From contig NC_083225.1 of the NCBI RefSeq assembly GCF_032191835.1, forward strand, positions 41,044,001 through 41,108,000: a stretch of 64,000 nt of DNA, given 5' to 3'. Below the pieces are notes generated by a model. It was given only the letters and a program-made list of their open reading frames with translations, was not told the DNA's origin and did no database searches. A program made the translations under genes and the position numbers. Source of the DNA: Heteronotia binoei. Taxonomy: Eukaryota. Below are positions 37,571-50,077 of the stretch, in pieces (position 1 is the stretch's first letter; every line of letters begins with the position of its first letter).

Positions 37571-38379
37571 TTAATGGAATATTTTATTTCTAAATTGGAT
37601 TTCAGTTCTTGTTGCCACAGCAGTGTACAGAATAGTCACACAAAACACAGACTAAAACATCTTCAGAACTGAAATATCAAAGCAAGCCTTCAAAACTTGA
37701 GGGCTAATCAGCAAGAAATGCACATTAGGGCTAATTTTCAAAAGCAGAACAAAATAGGATCATTGTTAAATGGAGCTAGAATGCCATGAGAAAGAAAAAG
37801 GGAGTGAAACAGTTTGTAAAGGATAGTTTTAAAGTTCTGCAGTGGGAATTGAGGAAGACCTGTTTCTCATGAAGATCAAGCTGGCCTCTATGCAAGATGG
37901 GATTTGAAACAGACTTTATTGGTAGAAGGAATACTTACTGAATCAGAAGAGGGGTAGAATAAAGGGTTTGCTTATGTTTCATTAGGGCTATTAAAACCTG
38001 TTAAACTGTTCAAGCCTGGGAAAAAAAATCTAAATCAGCAGTAAGGAAAAAAAATCCTAATTGAAACTAATGTATAACCTCAACTAATATGCATTTCTCC
38101 ACACGATACTCTCAGGGGCTTGTATCAAAGGTAATGAGAGGGCAATTACAGAAACGTAGAATCCCATAAACAGTAAATGTATTTATATACATAAGTGCAA
38201 GAATTAGGGTACAGTTCTATAACACTTGAGTTTTCTTTCTTTTGACAGTTTGCAGTTCGTGCTGCTTGCTGAGGTAGCCTCTTTATCAAGGTGCAACTCT
38301 AAACTAGGAGTTTTGTAGACCCAACTTAAATCTCAGTCACAGAATAAAACATAAAACAAAGAAAAAATATAATCCTTAA

Positions 38380-38530
38380 CAGGGGTAGAATTCTAGCAGG
38401 AGCTCCTTTGCATATTAGGCCACACACCCCTGATGTAGCCAGTCCTCCAAGAGCTTACAAAAAAGAGCCTTGTAAGCTCTTGGAAGATTGGCTACATCAG
38501 GGGTGGGTGAACTAATATGCAAAGGAGCTA
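38380..38530. mobile_element. Palindromic hAT MITE (octamer/CCAAT family), right TIR missing
   Basis: Aligns with 32880-33050 up to atgcaaaggagct. Confidence 0.85.
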
Positions 38531-39078
38531 AACTCCGCACTCTGCTCTGTATCAAGAAGAAGAGAAGCCATAAGACATTCTGGAAGATTTCTGTCAGCTG
38601 TCTCAGAAATTTCCACAGTCTCTCCTCAGAAGCTGGAATTTTTGCAGCACATGCCACTTCATTCTGCTCCCCCCTCTCATCTTACCTTACAAACTGCTTT
38701 TTGTTGGCATCAGGTTATCTTGACACCCCCCTCCCCGCACTCAAGATACTACATGACGTAAAATTCTAGGCTGTGAGTGTTGTATGTAGAATTAAAAAAA
38801 ATTGTGAAAGAGACGGTCTCTCATATGAACTAAACTTCCTCTCCTTTTAGAATAACTTCTTCATAAGTTGACTTGTGTATAACCAAGTGTGGAATTGTAC
38901 ATTCAGATGAAATTTGGATTGCTCCCAAGTACCCTTTTGTGCACAGAAGTTTACTTTTCCAGGAGGTAAAAATTTCTTAAGTTGCCAACATAAAGATTTT
39001 ACACAAACAGTAGAGAAACTAGTTAAGTGATGTTGCCACTATATATATAATGGAGAGGTCATAATGAAAGCTTGGTGG

Positions 39079-39586
39079 CAGAGCCAGTGCATCCATTAGG
39101 CAACATTCAGCAGTTGCCTCGGGTGCTAGCTCTTGAGGGAGCGTGTTGTTTCTGGGTGCTGAGGGGTCGGAGGAACTCTTCCAGTCCCTCAGTGCCCAGA
39201 AACAATGCATTCCATCCTGGTTGCTCTCTGAATTCGGAGAGTGCTCAGGACTGAAAGTGCCATTGTTTCTGGGCGCTGAGGGGTTGGAAGAACTCTCCCA
39301 TCCCCTCAGCGCCTAGAAACAATGCAGCGCAGCACGATGTCACATGGTGCGCCCAGGACTTGAGAGCTCCCAGGACTGAAAGTGCTGCATTGTTTCTGGG
39401 CGCTGAGGGGTCGGAAGAACTCTCCTGGACTCTCAGCACCCAGAAACAATGGCGCATGATGATGTCACCATGTGACATCATGCCGCATGTGCATTTTGCG
39501 TGCGCACAATAAGTATTTCTGGGGGGGGGGGTTGGGCATGTGTTGGGGTTCTGCCTCAGGCAGCAGAACCCCACATGCTGGCCCTG
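39079..39586. mobile_element. Non-autonomous hAT element with three internal hairpin repeats
   Basis: TIRs CAGAGCCAG / CTGGCCCTG; perfect TSD CTTGGTGG. Confidence 0.88.
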
Positions 39587-40313
39587 CTTGGTGGTCTCTC
39601 CTTTCTCCCCCCTGAACTTGCTACAAGTTGAGCATGCAATGGATTTGCTTCTTATCCCTGTCAATGTAGCTTTCCCTGCTTCTGCAACTTATCTAGTTGT
39701 GGCTGTGGCAACAGTTAGGTATGTATTCTAAGCTGCTAAAACTCTCAGGAATACTGAAAGGTAGCATTCCAGATACAGGGAACCCTGAAATATAAGCACC
39801 TAATGTGGACTTTAGACCAGTCCTGTGAGAGGCCTACAAAAGCCCAGGCCACTTCCAGCTGCTGAGGCCCTTAGCCGTAATAAAAACATTTTATGAGTTA
39901 GATTTATAGATGAGTGGCTTTGTTTATCTGAGTTGTTGTCAGCCCTCTGGACAATTGCCACTTACTGAGCATAGTATGTTACCCGCTCTGTCCCTGTGCC
40001 AGGTCTGCCACATAGAGTGTGTGTTCTGGGGTAATTATTTGGGATTATTTCTGTATGTGGATCCCATTTCAAAACAATACTCTTAAAAAATGAGACAGAG
40101 AAGTAAGATCTGAAGAAACCTTTATTTTCCTAACAAGATACTAAGCTAAAAAATGAAGCCCAACAGAATGCATTAGCATACAACAGCATTGCAGGGCATT
40201 GACAGCATAGGAATACTGCCTTTGCAGTACTTCCCTTGGTTGTTGCATAATCAGTGTGCAAATGAAGAGCCTGAGGGGAAATGAATGGAGAAAGTAAAAT
40301 CATACATTGCCTG

Positions 40314-41122
40314 TAGGGATGGGTGCACACCAGGAAAATGGTGGTTCATGATGGTTCATGGTTCCTTTGCACAAACCACAAACTTACACGAACCACCATT
40401 TTCCCAAATGGGTTTGTGGTTTAGGAGTTGGTAAAACACCCACATGAGTTAAGAGATGCCAAATTTACAGGGAACCTTCAGCTCACTCTCCTTCAACCTC
40501 CATCTACCTTCCAAGTCTGGCAAAGATTGAATTTGGGATGTACGAGTTATAACCCCCAAAGTAGGTGCCCCCCCAGGAAAGCTCAGCTCTAGCTTTAGGT
40601 TCAGACCCTAAAACTACATCAAGGAACATGATCCCAGCCAGGAGCAGAGTCCAACAAATTGTCTCACTGTGTGTGGGGGAAAAGTCTGCCCTAAATCAAC
40701 CATGCAGCAAACAATTATTCTGCTCTCATGACAACTAATTCTTCTGTCTTTGGGCTGCAAAGTGAAAGCAGCTGAGTCAGGGTGTGGTATTATACTAGTA
40801 TATAATCTGCTCACATAGAGCAGAATGGGAGCTCTATGGTTGGCTCCCAGATCTTCCAATTAAGCTATGGACGTCTACTTTGGGTGTTACAAGGGCTTTC
40901 CACAAGTTCACCCTCAGCGTTGCCTCTGAATCAATTGAACTGGCACCAGGCTATCTGGAGAACAAACTGCAAAAACAAACCATCCAACCCTTCATGGAAA
41001 AGAGGCGGTTCATTTTTGTGTTTGGGAATGATGTGGCCAAATGAACTGGTTTAAAATGTACCCAAAACTGGTCCGTTTCATGCTCAAACTACCATTCATT
41101 TTTTGGTTTGTGCTCATCCCTA
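40314..41122. mobile_element. Non-autonomous hAT element, 809 bp
   Basis: TIRs TAGGGATGGGTGCAC / GTGCTCATCCCTA; perfect TSD ATTGCCTG; subterminal GAACC/GGTTC repeats. Confidence 0.9.
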
Positions 41123-41905
41123 ATTGCCTGCCCTGAAGGGAGTAGAATGATGTGCTGTGGTCCTGGAGCAAGAGAAGCAAAATCCCCAGCTAACAACCAG
41201 CTATGAAAGTGTGGATCCCAATGTGGAATGGAGGTCCAGGAATGTAAGAAAGGAGGTCAATGATTCAGCAAACCAGCCATAAAGTTAAAGAAGGAGGCTG
41301 GGGTAAAGAACTAACTACAAGGAGTTGCAGATTCAGTGACAGAAGAAGGTGTGTGTGTGTGTGGGGGGGGGGGGAATCCAGCGATTTAAGCAGAAGAGAG
41401 TATGGGAGTAGAACTGAGTACAGACTTGCAGAGGATTGAGATGCCCTTTTTATAAGACCAGAAGTGGCTGTACTTCAGTGGGGAATTCTGTTGTTGGCTC
41501 AGGAGTCACAGTGGGGTTGGATCAAAGGAGTAGGCTCCTGTTTTCTGTTGTTAATATGAGTTTTCAGTGTGTGCAGACTGATGAGCATTTAGGTTAGATT
41601 GTATGTACAAATATGGGTATACTAGCGTAGGATACATGCAGGACTACTTAGGTTAGATTATTTTGTTACCTAACCAGAAGGCTGCCCTGGCTGGTTTGAA
41701 ATGACTGAACAGCAGCTTGATTACTATTAGAGTTCTGCACTCCCTGACATTTGGCTCTGCCTCTTGCAGCAGCCATTTTGTGGTTGCACCTGCTACTGAC
41801 TGTCAGAATTCCAATGGTAGCTGTAAAATTTGAAAAAGGTTGGGGACCCTGGATCTAGACCATAGTGAATGTGCATGGTTTTGCTCAGAACAGCTTTTTT
41901 CGCAT

Positions 41906-42096
41906 AACAGCTAGATTTGAGCCCAGTATCAGCTTGGAGAGCAAAAAGATTTTGGCAGGATATGTTTGGAGAGTCAAAGCGTAGCTTAGCTTTGACTCTT
42001 GAAACTTGGATCTCTAACATTTTGTTGGTCTCCAAAGTGCTACTGGGCTTGAATCCAGCTGTTCTTCTGCAGACCAATATGGCCACCCTCTGAAAC
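41906..42096. mobile_element. Penelope-like element remnant with inverted terminal repeat
   Basis: 41906-41975 is the reverse complement of ~41984-42063 (gagagtcaaagc / gctttgactct at the apex). Confidence 0.62.
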
Positions 42097-43362
42097 AAAG
42101 TGTTTTTTTGGCAGAAGTTTCACTACAGCTCTAGGACATGTATTGGTGCGTGGATGCAGTTGTATGAATTCAGTATATGTTAAAGACTTATACACACAGT
42201 AGGTTTATATTAATATGATTATTGAAAAATCTGAAAGTGTTGTAACAAATGCCAATCTAGAAACAATTTACACAATAGACTTAGAGTGTGTAATTCTGAA
42301 GTTGTTTGCAAACATATAATCCACAACATTTAGAAGTGCTATAGAGATCATAGCTTCAATTATAGACCATCTTATGACTGTGTTTCAAAATAAGTAGGAA
42401 AAGTTTGTACTTTCCCCACCCATGATCACAAACTCTACACAGTGTCTTCATTAGATCTCCTTGGCATATAGATCCTGGGGTAAATCAAAGCAACCTCTCT
42501 CTTTCTTTTCCCCTCAAGTCCGTCACAGATGATGGAATAGAAGCTGCACTGAAAACAATTGGGGTGCAGATCAGGAGTTATTATTAGAGGGCACAGGGAA
42601 GAAAAGAACAAGAGGAGACAAAAACAGAAATTTCAAAGAACAGAAGCTCAGGGAGCAGGGGAGGTTAACAGTAGGAACAAAGGAAAAAAAGATATAAAGT
42701 AAGGTTGAACCCGACCCAGGGTAGATTAAATAGAAACAAAGAGGAGCTGTGGGTAGTGGGAGCAGTGTGGAAAGTACGGGAAAATGGTTTGGAAAAAAAA
42801 ACACAGGAGAAGGAACTGAAGAGTAACGAATATAATTGTCTAAAGTAGAGTTCTTTTAATGATCTAATGTCTTTCTTGCTTCCCAATTTTAATAAATTTC
42901 TTGGAAGTCCCATCTTTTATCTTTCAATAATTCTCATGTTTGTTTTCAAGAGTTAAGTGTTCAAGAAAAGCAGAAGAGACTCTTCCTGTTTACAGACGAA
43001 GGTTCTAAAATCTCTCCAGCAGCCATTGAATCGAAATGGGGCAGTTATTTAGTCCCCACCCCTGGCATCTAGCTTGCCCCATGTCTATATTTCAGATATG
43101 GCATTTTCATTAGCTTTATGGCTGAGGATGGAGGAAAAACACACAGCAGAAATATAGTAGTTGCTTCTTTGGGTCCTTTACCCAGTGCCATGGCTCCAAT
43201 AAAAATGTGTGTGCCTCCCTCCCCCCTCCACCCCCGTCACTGTAGTTCTGTGGTTTGGATGCTTCTGGTGCTTTATAGCCCAGCACCTTCAACTGCATAT
43301 ATTTACACTATGATTTAGCGACATGGCAATGCTGTTAATTCCTGTCTCCTGAATAATATAAC

Positions 43363-43561
43363 CAGGGCTTTTTTTTAAGCAGGAACGCACAGGAATGCAG
43401 TTCCGGCTGGCTTGGTGTCAGAGGGTGTGGCCTAACATGCAAATGACTTCCTGCTGGACTTTTTCTACAAAAGCCCTATTTGAGACACTGGTGACATCAG
43501 GGGTGTGTGGCCTAACATGCAAATGAGTTCCTGCTGGGCTTTTTCTACCAAAAAAGCCCTG
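43363..43561. mobile_element. hAT MITE with two perfect octamers
   Basis: TIRs CAGGGCTTTTTT / AAAAAAGCCCTG; perfect TSD AATATAAC; ATGCAAAT at 43437 and 43517. Confidence 0.92.
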
Positions 43562-45644
43562 AATATAACTAATGTATTGGACAGAAATCAAAGAATGTTG
43601 AACATAATTCTGAGTCTCCAGTGGCTCTGGATTTGTTTTACTTAAACAGTAATCACCCACACCGCATGGGATTTTTAAACTGTCTGTGATAGACTGTATA
43701 TCATCTTTCTTCAAAAAAATGGAAAATGAAACCTTCCACAGGGTACATGCAAGCCTTTGCATGAGCCTAAAGTAGTTCTTCGGGTGCTGCCCATTATCTG
43801 AGAGGCTGTGATCATATGAAAAAAGCAGAGAAGCCTATAAATGATGCAGCTTCAGAAATATTTCTGTGGTTCAGATATAGCAACATGTCATTCAGATAGT
43901 AAATAGTATCCACTTTTGAACTGGAAAGGGGATAAGTGATCCATATGATGTGATCTGTTCATACAAAAAATATATATACAGATTTGCTATATGTGGCACT
44001 TCTAAAAACTGCAGCCTTACATAGAGTTAAGTAAGGGACATAAGTCTGCATTAATTATGGGCAAGATTGCAGTCATTGATATTCTTGAGGAATCTGTTTG
44101 GATGCATGCTTATATTTTACACAATCTTAAAGTTATTGTGGATTTCTGTAGTATTAATGCTTTTCTGGAGGTATATTTTGAAGCTGAATACAACAGATCT
44201 GCCCCCCTCCCCATTTTTTAGTACTGGTTTAAGAAAATGAAACGTATTAAATGTCAGATGTGTGCAGTGGATTTTTAAAGATAGCCTTGTACACTAACAA
44301 TGCTCAGTTATGATTATGCAGTTTAAATCTCTCATAAAATGAATGCAATGCTTTTGCTACTAATAACTATGCCAATAAAGTTCTTTCCATTCCACTTAAC
44401 ACAATTAAAATTCTCAGCAAGTTAAATATATTGAATTGTTTATCTGTGGAGAGACATGTAGGACACCAATTAAGTTTACATGGATAAATGCAGATTTGTG
44501 TTTTGTGAATGTCAAGTTGACAGAAGCTTAATAGTGTAAAAAGGGCTAATCAACACAGAATATGTTTAGTGTCAGTAAATATTTATTCTGAAGAATGTTT
44601 CTCATGAATGATGAGCTACAAGTTACAGCTTATTCTGAGTTTTGCTAATTAAACTCTATGACTTGTAGATTGCTGTGTTCATATAATTTCTGTATAATTT
44701 TAACACATGATTATTGATACCCATTTTGGTGAGAGAAGTCAGGTGGATAAGTCTGTGCAGGTTTTCCTTCCCAAATATTAAAAGTTTAATTATTGCTGTG
44801 GTCTAATGTGCTTAAATTCTGTACTAGAGAATGAAAGTCCATCTTCTTGCAAATTACATTGGCTGGGAGTCTAGCTTTTGGTTTTTTTTCTTCTTCCTAT
44901 GGATGATAGTCTAGCGAAGAAGTAATAACTGGACTCGGGGGGGGGGGGGGTGGTAGAGAAGGATAGTTGCCTACTCAAATCTTACATTAGGTCCAGTGTA
45001 CAGTTACTTGGATTTGGGGCAAATGCGGTGCATTGGCAGGCAGAATGCTGAACTGATGCTCAAGTTCTAACTTGAGTGCCCTTGTGGTAAAATGGTACCA
45101 AACCTGCAAAGCCCACTCTCAATTTAGACATTGCTATTATTGGAATAAATAAATGCCTTTCATGCCTTCAAAGGCACATTATCTTCCAGTGTGATGTATT
45201 CACATTACCTACCTAAAATATCCTTTTCCAGTTTACATAAGCCACCCAGAGCATTTGGGAACCAGAGAAAAAATCTAAGTGAATTCAGGCTTCTTGATCC
45301 TTAGTTTCTGGAACCCTATACACTAACCATAGCCTGTTACTTTAAGAATAAAATGTTTTGTTAGAATTTGAGATACAATATATGCTGTTTCAGTTTGAGG
45401 GGTTCACCCTTAATATCTGAGTTTTCCAATTTGATCACTGTATAACAATCAGAAGCATTTTACTTGCTGGCTTTGATGTAATTATGCACTTGTAACTGTC
45501 AATCTTGGCAGGAAAGGATATTACAAGAAAAGAGATTATTCACTGGTTTTACTATATGTATGAAAGGTTTGCAAATAAATCAATTAAAGTTGGATTCTCA
45601 GAATTTTTAGCAATTTAGTGGCAACTGGTACCCATTGAGGTTGG

Positions 45645-45716
45645 TGCAACTAATTATAAGTTCGTCTCCAACCTCATTCTTGCAGCTAATTATAAGTTCG
45701 TCTCCAACCTCATTCT
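45645..45716. repeat. 36-bp tandem duplication
   Basis: tgca(a/g)ctaattataagttcgtctccaacctcattct x2. Confidence 0.92.
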
Positions 45717-45728
45717 TTGCAACAGTGC

Positions 45729-45943
45729 AGAAGAAGAATTGGCTTTTATATCCCGCCTTTCACTACCCAAAGGAATTTCAAGGTGGCTTACTGTCGCTTT
45801 CCGTTTCTCTTTCCACAGCAGGTACAATGCGTGGTAAGTAGGGCTGAGAGAGGTTGGAGAGAACTGTGACTAACCTATGTGGAGGAGTGGGGAATTAAAT
45901 GCAGTTCTCCAGATTAGAGTCCTCTGCTGTTAACCATTATACA
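45729..45943 (-). mobile_element. Squam3-like SINE with internal deletion
   Basis: Aligns with 2636-2880. Confidence 0.8.
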
Positions 45944-46260
45944 ATGGAAAGAAGAAGGGTAACCATTATACAAAAGGGGTTCTGCAATCCCTTTGCAGGT
46001 GCCACCCTAATATGGCATCTGGTTTTACTGCTATGTTTAAAGTCTTAGTATGACTGTCCAGTACAGCAGAAAAATCCTGCCACATGCTCCCCCATCTTAA
46101 AGCGCACTAATCAGAAAGTAACATTTATAAGATAAAGAAGAATGAGCACCGCAGGCCTCAATTTGATCCAGAACTCAAGGAAATCATAGTTCAAAGATTC
46201 TTAATCCATGTTGTAAATTTACACAAAGTTACTAAAGCATCTGACTATATGTAGAAGTTG

Positions 46261-46941
46261 TAGGGTTTCCAAGTCCAATTCAAGAAATATCTGGGGACTT
46301 TGGGGGTGGAGCCAGCACACCTTTTTAAATGCCTTCCTTCCATAGGAAATAATGAAGGATTGGGGCACCTTCTTTTGGGGCTCATAAAATTGAACCCCCT
46401 GGTCCAATCATTTCAAAACTTGGGGGGTATTTTGGGGAGAGGCACTAGATGCTATACGAAAACTTTGGTGCCTCTACCTAAAAGCCCCCCCAAAGCTCCC
46501 GATACCCATGCATCAGTTCCCCATTATTTCCTATGGGAATCATTCTCCATAGGGAATAATAGAGTGCCCAGTAGACATTTCCCTCCAAACCAGGGAATCC
46601 CCTGGCCTCTCCCTCTCTCTCTCACACAAACACTTACTGCGTCTGGTTCCTGCACAACTTTACTTGCTCTGAAAACGAAAGCAAAACAAAGGGAGGGACT
46701 GTTCTCTGACGAAACTGTTACTGACCCTTTTCCATTGAGCACTTCCTGTTTCCTGCTCAGCTTTAAAGGCACACATTTTAAAAACGGACTTGTTTTGCAG
46801 GTTTCTAAACCTGCCAGAGCTCTAAAGGTACATGGTGACCGTGGGGGCGGAGCTTCCCCCGCCGGCCAGCTGGCTGGGGGCGGGGGGAAGTCTGTAAAAA
46901 TGGGGGAATCCTCTGCTGGGACATGGGGATTGGAAAGCCTA
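46261..46941 (+). mobile_element. Non-autonomous hAT element (TAGGGTTKCCAAGTCC family), 681 bp
   Basis: TIRs TAGGGTTTCCAA / TTGGAAAGCCTA; perfect TSD AGAAGTTG. Confidence 0.92.
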
Positions 46942-47397
46942 AGAAGTTGAAAGCATTCTCATATCAGTGAGTAGCTAACTACATTCAGTCAGCCTAAACT
47001 GGATTAAGGGTTGCTGGTTCTGGAAAAGAGACTTTCATGAACCTCTGTACCTTTGCTCTCAGGAGATTTTCCAGAAGTTCTGGAAACAAAATTATTGAGA
47101 CCATGTGCAGTTCCTTTAAATTATTACTCATTGTACAATCCTGTGCAAGTTTAATCAGAATTAAGTCCTGTATTTAATAGGATTCATTTTTACATGGGTG
47201 TGCGTAGAATTGCAGACTGAAAAAGGTTTGGTTTTCTTTGGGCAAAGAAGTGTATTTTTGGGAGAAGGGGTTGCAGCCTTTTCATTTAAGTAGATATTTT
47301 GTTATAACAACTGAGTTACTAAAGTTGTCAGCCTGGGGGAGGCGTTGTTGGTGTGGTGACATTGATTCCAGGTCACCCAGAAGTGACATTGCTGGCC

Positions 47398-47515
47398 CCA
47401 TGCCAATCCCCAGGTCCCAGCGGGGGTTCTCCTGCTTTCCCAGGCTTCTTCCCGCCCCAGTCAGCTGGCCAGCGGGGGGAAGCCCTGGCCCCACAGCCAC
47501 CATGTGCCTTTCCGG
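47398..47515 (-). mobile_element. Terminal fragment of the TAGGGTTKCCAA family
   Basis: Reverse complement of the right end of 46261-46941. Confidence 0.75.
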
Positions 47516-47737
47516 AGGCAAGACTTTCTCTTGGAACCTTGTATCTGTGTCTTTAAGGCTGAATGTGGGCAGGGTGGGGAGTAGGCAGAAGAACATGGCT
47601 GCTCCCAGTGCCTGTGAAAGCAGCTCAGACCCTCCATTGGTTGCACAAGCTTTTCAGAGGTCGTTTGCATAGGAAAGGTAAACTTGAACCTTTGGTTGCT
47701 CTGTGTGACTTTGAAGAAGTTGGACGTTCAGCAGATC

Positions 47738-48195
47738 TTGAGATGCCAGTCTCCAGGTGGGAGCAGGCCCTCCCCCGCTTCAGAGACATCAGAAACGGGG
47801 GTGGGTAAGGGAGATGTCTGGGGCACTTCCTTATTCCCTATGGACATAGATTCTCATACAATATAATGGAGAATTGGTCTGGCGGTATCTGGGGCTCTGG
47901 AGGGTCTGTTTTGAGGTAGAGACAGCAAATTTTCAGCATAGCATCTGATGACTCTCCTCAAAATGCTCTCCAAGTTTCAAAAAGATTGGACCAAGGGGTC
48001 CAATTCTATGAGCCCCAAAAGAAGGTGCCCCTATCCTTCACTATTTCTAATGTAGGGAAGGCATTTAAAAGGTGTGCAGTTCCTTTAAATGTGATGGCCA
48101 GATCTCCCTTTGGAGTTCAGTTGTGCTTGTCACAACTTTGCTTATGGCTCCGCACTAATGTCTCCTGACTCCACCCCCAAAGTATCCTGGCTCCT
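47738..48195 (-). mobile_element. Internal fragment of the TAGGGTTKCCAA family
   Basis: Shared spurious ORF MDQGVQFYEPQKKVP with the 46261 and 49373 copies, in opposite orientation. Confidence 0.85.
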
Positions 48196-48288
48196 TTACT
48201 GAAGGAGTTATCTTCTACCATACTTATTTGTAAACTTTTGAGAGTTGGAGAAAAGGCTGAAGAACAGTATTTTCTCCCCTCACACTGA

Positions 48289-48574
48289 GGTCATTTTCGC
48301 ACTCACCTCCAGCCGGCGCGACCCCCCTCTTCACCGCGCAGGATCTGCGCGGATTTCGCACTAAATGCTGCGGAGCAGCCTTTTGCGCCGGAAACTCCTG
48401 TCGCAAAAGCCGCTCAAACGTAAACCGCCAAAAAGCAGTTCCCGTTTGAGCGGCTTTTGCGACGGGAGTTTCCGGCGCAAAAGGCTGCTCCGCGGCATTT
48501 AGTGCGAAATCCGCGCAGATCCTGCACGGTGAAGAGGGGGGTCGCGCCGGCTGGAGGTGAGTGCGAAAACGACC
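48289..48574. mobile_element. Young CpG-rich palindromic MITE (132-bp arms, 22-nt loop)
   Basis: 128/132 arm complementarity; terminal TTTCGCACTCACC shared with 1453-1714; flanks TGA / AGA. Confidence 0.93.
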
Positions 48575-50077
48575 AGAGAGAAGCTTATCTCTTCATTGCT
48601 CAGCAGCAGTATTTCTTTGTGAGGCAAATAGCTATGTCAGTTATCTTTGCTTGGCTTTCTCCTCTTAGTAACAGCCTCCTGCTGATTGTGAAGGGGCAGG
48701 GCCTTTTGACTGTGAAGCTTTCAGGACTACTGAAAGGGGTGTGTGTAAAACCCCCCCACAACTCTGGATTCATTCTGTTGTATAGGCCTGATTTTGACTC
48801 AGGAGAACCATGGTGGGGGTGGGGACGTTGAGGCTTTAAACAGACAGTACTCTAGTTCATTAGGGTCTTCATAGCCATCAGATTTCTACATCAGACCCCC
48901 CTTAGTCGGCTCATCTGTGGGAAAAGGAGAAAGACTGATTGGTCTGGTCTGTGGATTCTTACAGATCCAGTAACCAATCAGTGAGAGCTGTAATGACAGC
49001 TATTCCTGTCCAATGAGCTAGTGTAGTGATTTAAATGGGCCTGGTAGGGGGGAATATCTTCCTTTCTAGTCAGGGAGTTTTTTGCTTGTAGAGGTCATTT
49101 AACAAAGAGGGGACAGAGACTGACTGGTTGATTACATTGCTAACAGCGTGCCTTCTCCTGAATTCTTTGGTGAGGACAGTATGGAGGCAGGCAGGAGGAG
49201 ATGGGGGCAGGGACATTGCCACATTTCACATTCCAGCCTCTACTCTGTGCATGATACTTCTCATATTGGGGGGTAGAAAACGAACTCTGTAGTCCTGGGC
49301 TGTAGTAATTGTGGTGTGGTGCTAGAATACTGAGGTTCAGAGCTACAGAAAGCTACTCATTTAGATCTGGAGTAAGGTTGCCAAGTCCAATTAAAGAAAT
49401 ATCTGGGGACTTTGGGGGTGGAGCCAGGAGACATTGGGGGGCGGAGCCAGGAGCAAGGGTGTGACAAGCATAATTGAACTCCAAGGGAATTCTGGCCATC
49501 ACATTTAAAGGGACAGCACACCTTTTAAAATGCCTTCCTTCCATAGGATATAATGAAGGATGGGGCACCTTCTTTTGGGGCTCATAGAATTGGACTCCCT
49601 GGTCCAATCATTTTGAAACTTGGGGGTTATTTTGGGGAGAGGCACCAGATGCTATACTGAACATTTGGTGCCTCTACCTCAGAAAACAGCCCCCCCCCAG
49701 AGCCCCCAATACCTCCAGATCAATTCCCCATTATATCCTATGAGAATCAATCTCCACATAGGGAATAATGAAGTGCCCAGCAGTCATTTCCCTCTCTCCC
49801 CCCCCCACCTGTTTCTGGTGACTCTGAAGTGAGGGATTGGCATCTCTACTCACGAGTTGCTGCCAGCTTCTTCAAAGTAACACAGACACACCATCCCAAG
49901 AGGAAGCCTTTTCATTCGGAGACTGAAGCCTCTGGAGGTGGAAAGTCACATGGTGGCTGTGGGGTACTGTGAGGCCCACTGTCTGGGTGGCAGCGAACAC
50001 TGCTGGTGTTGGATCCTAGGCTACTGTGCTTGGATCGTGCTGTGTATACTTACTGCTGTATACTGTTATCTACTGAA

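Noticed and set aside
39146-39449. Regularly spaced palindromic repeats resembling a CRISPR array
   Set aside because: Eukaryotic context, non-unique spacers, and enclosed by hAT TIRs with a perfect TSD
42665-42913. Possible L1 ORF1 remnant (LPRNLLKLGSKKDIRSLK) on the minus strand
   Set aside because: Similarity is too weak to support by eye
46300-46950. Longest ORF in the track (216 aa)
   Set aside because: It coincides with a non-autonomous MITE, has no transposase motifs, and the frame is not preserved in sister copies
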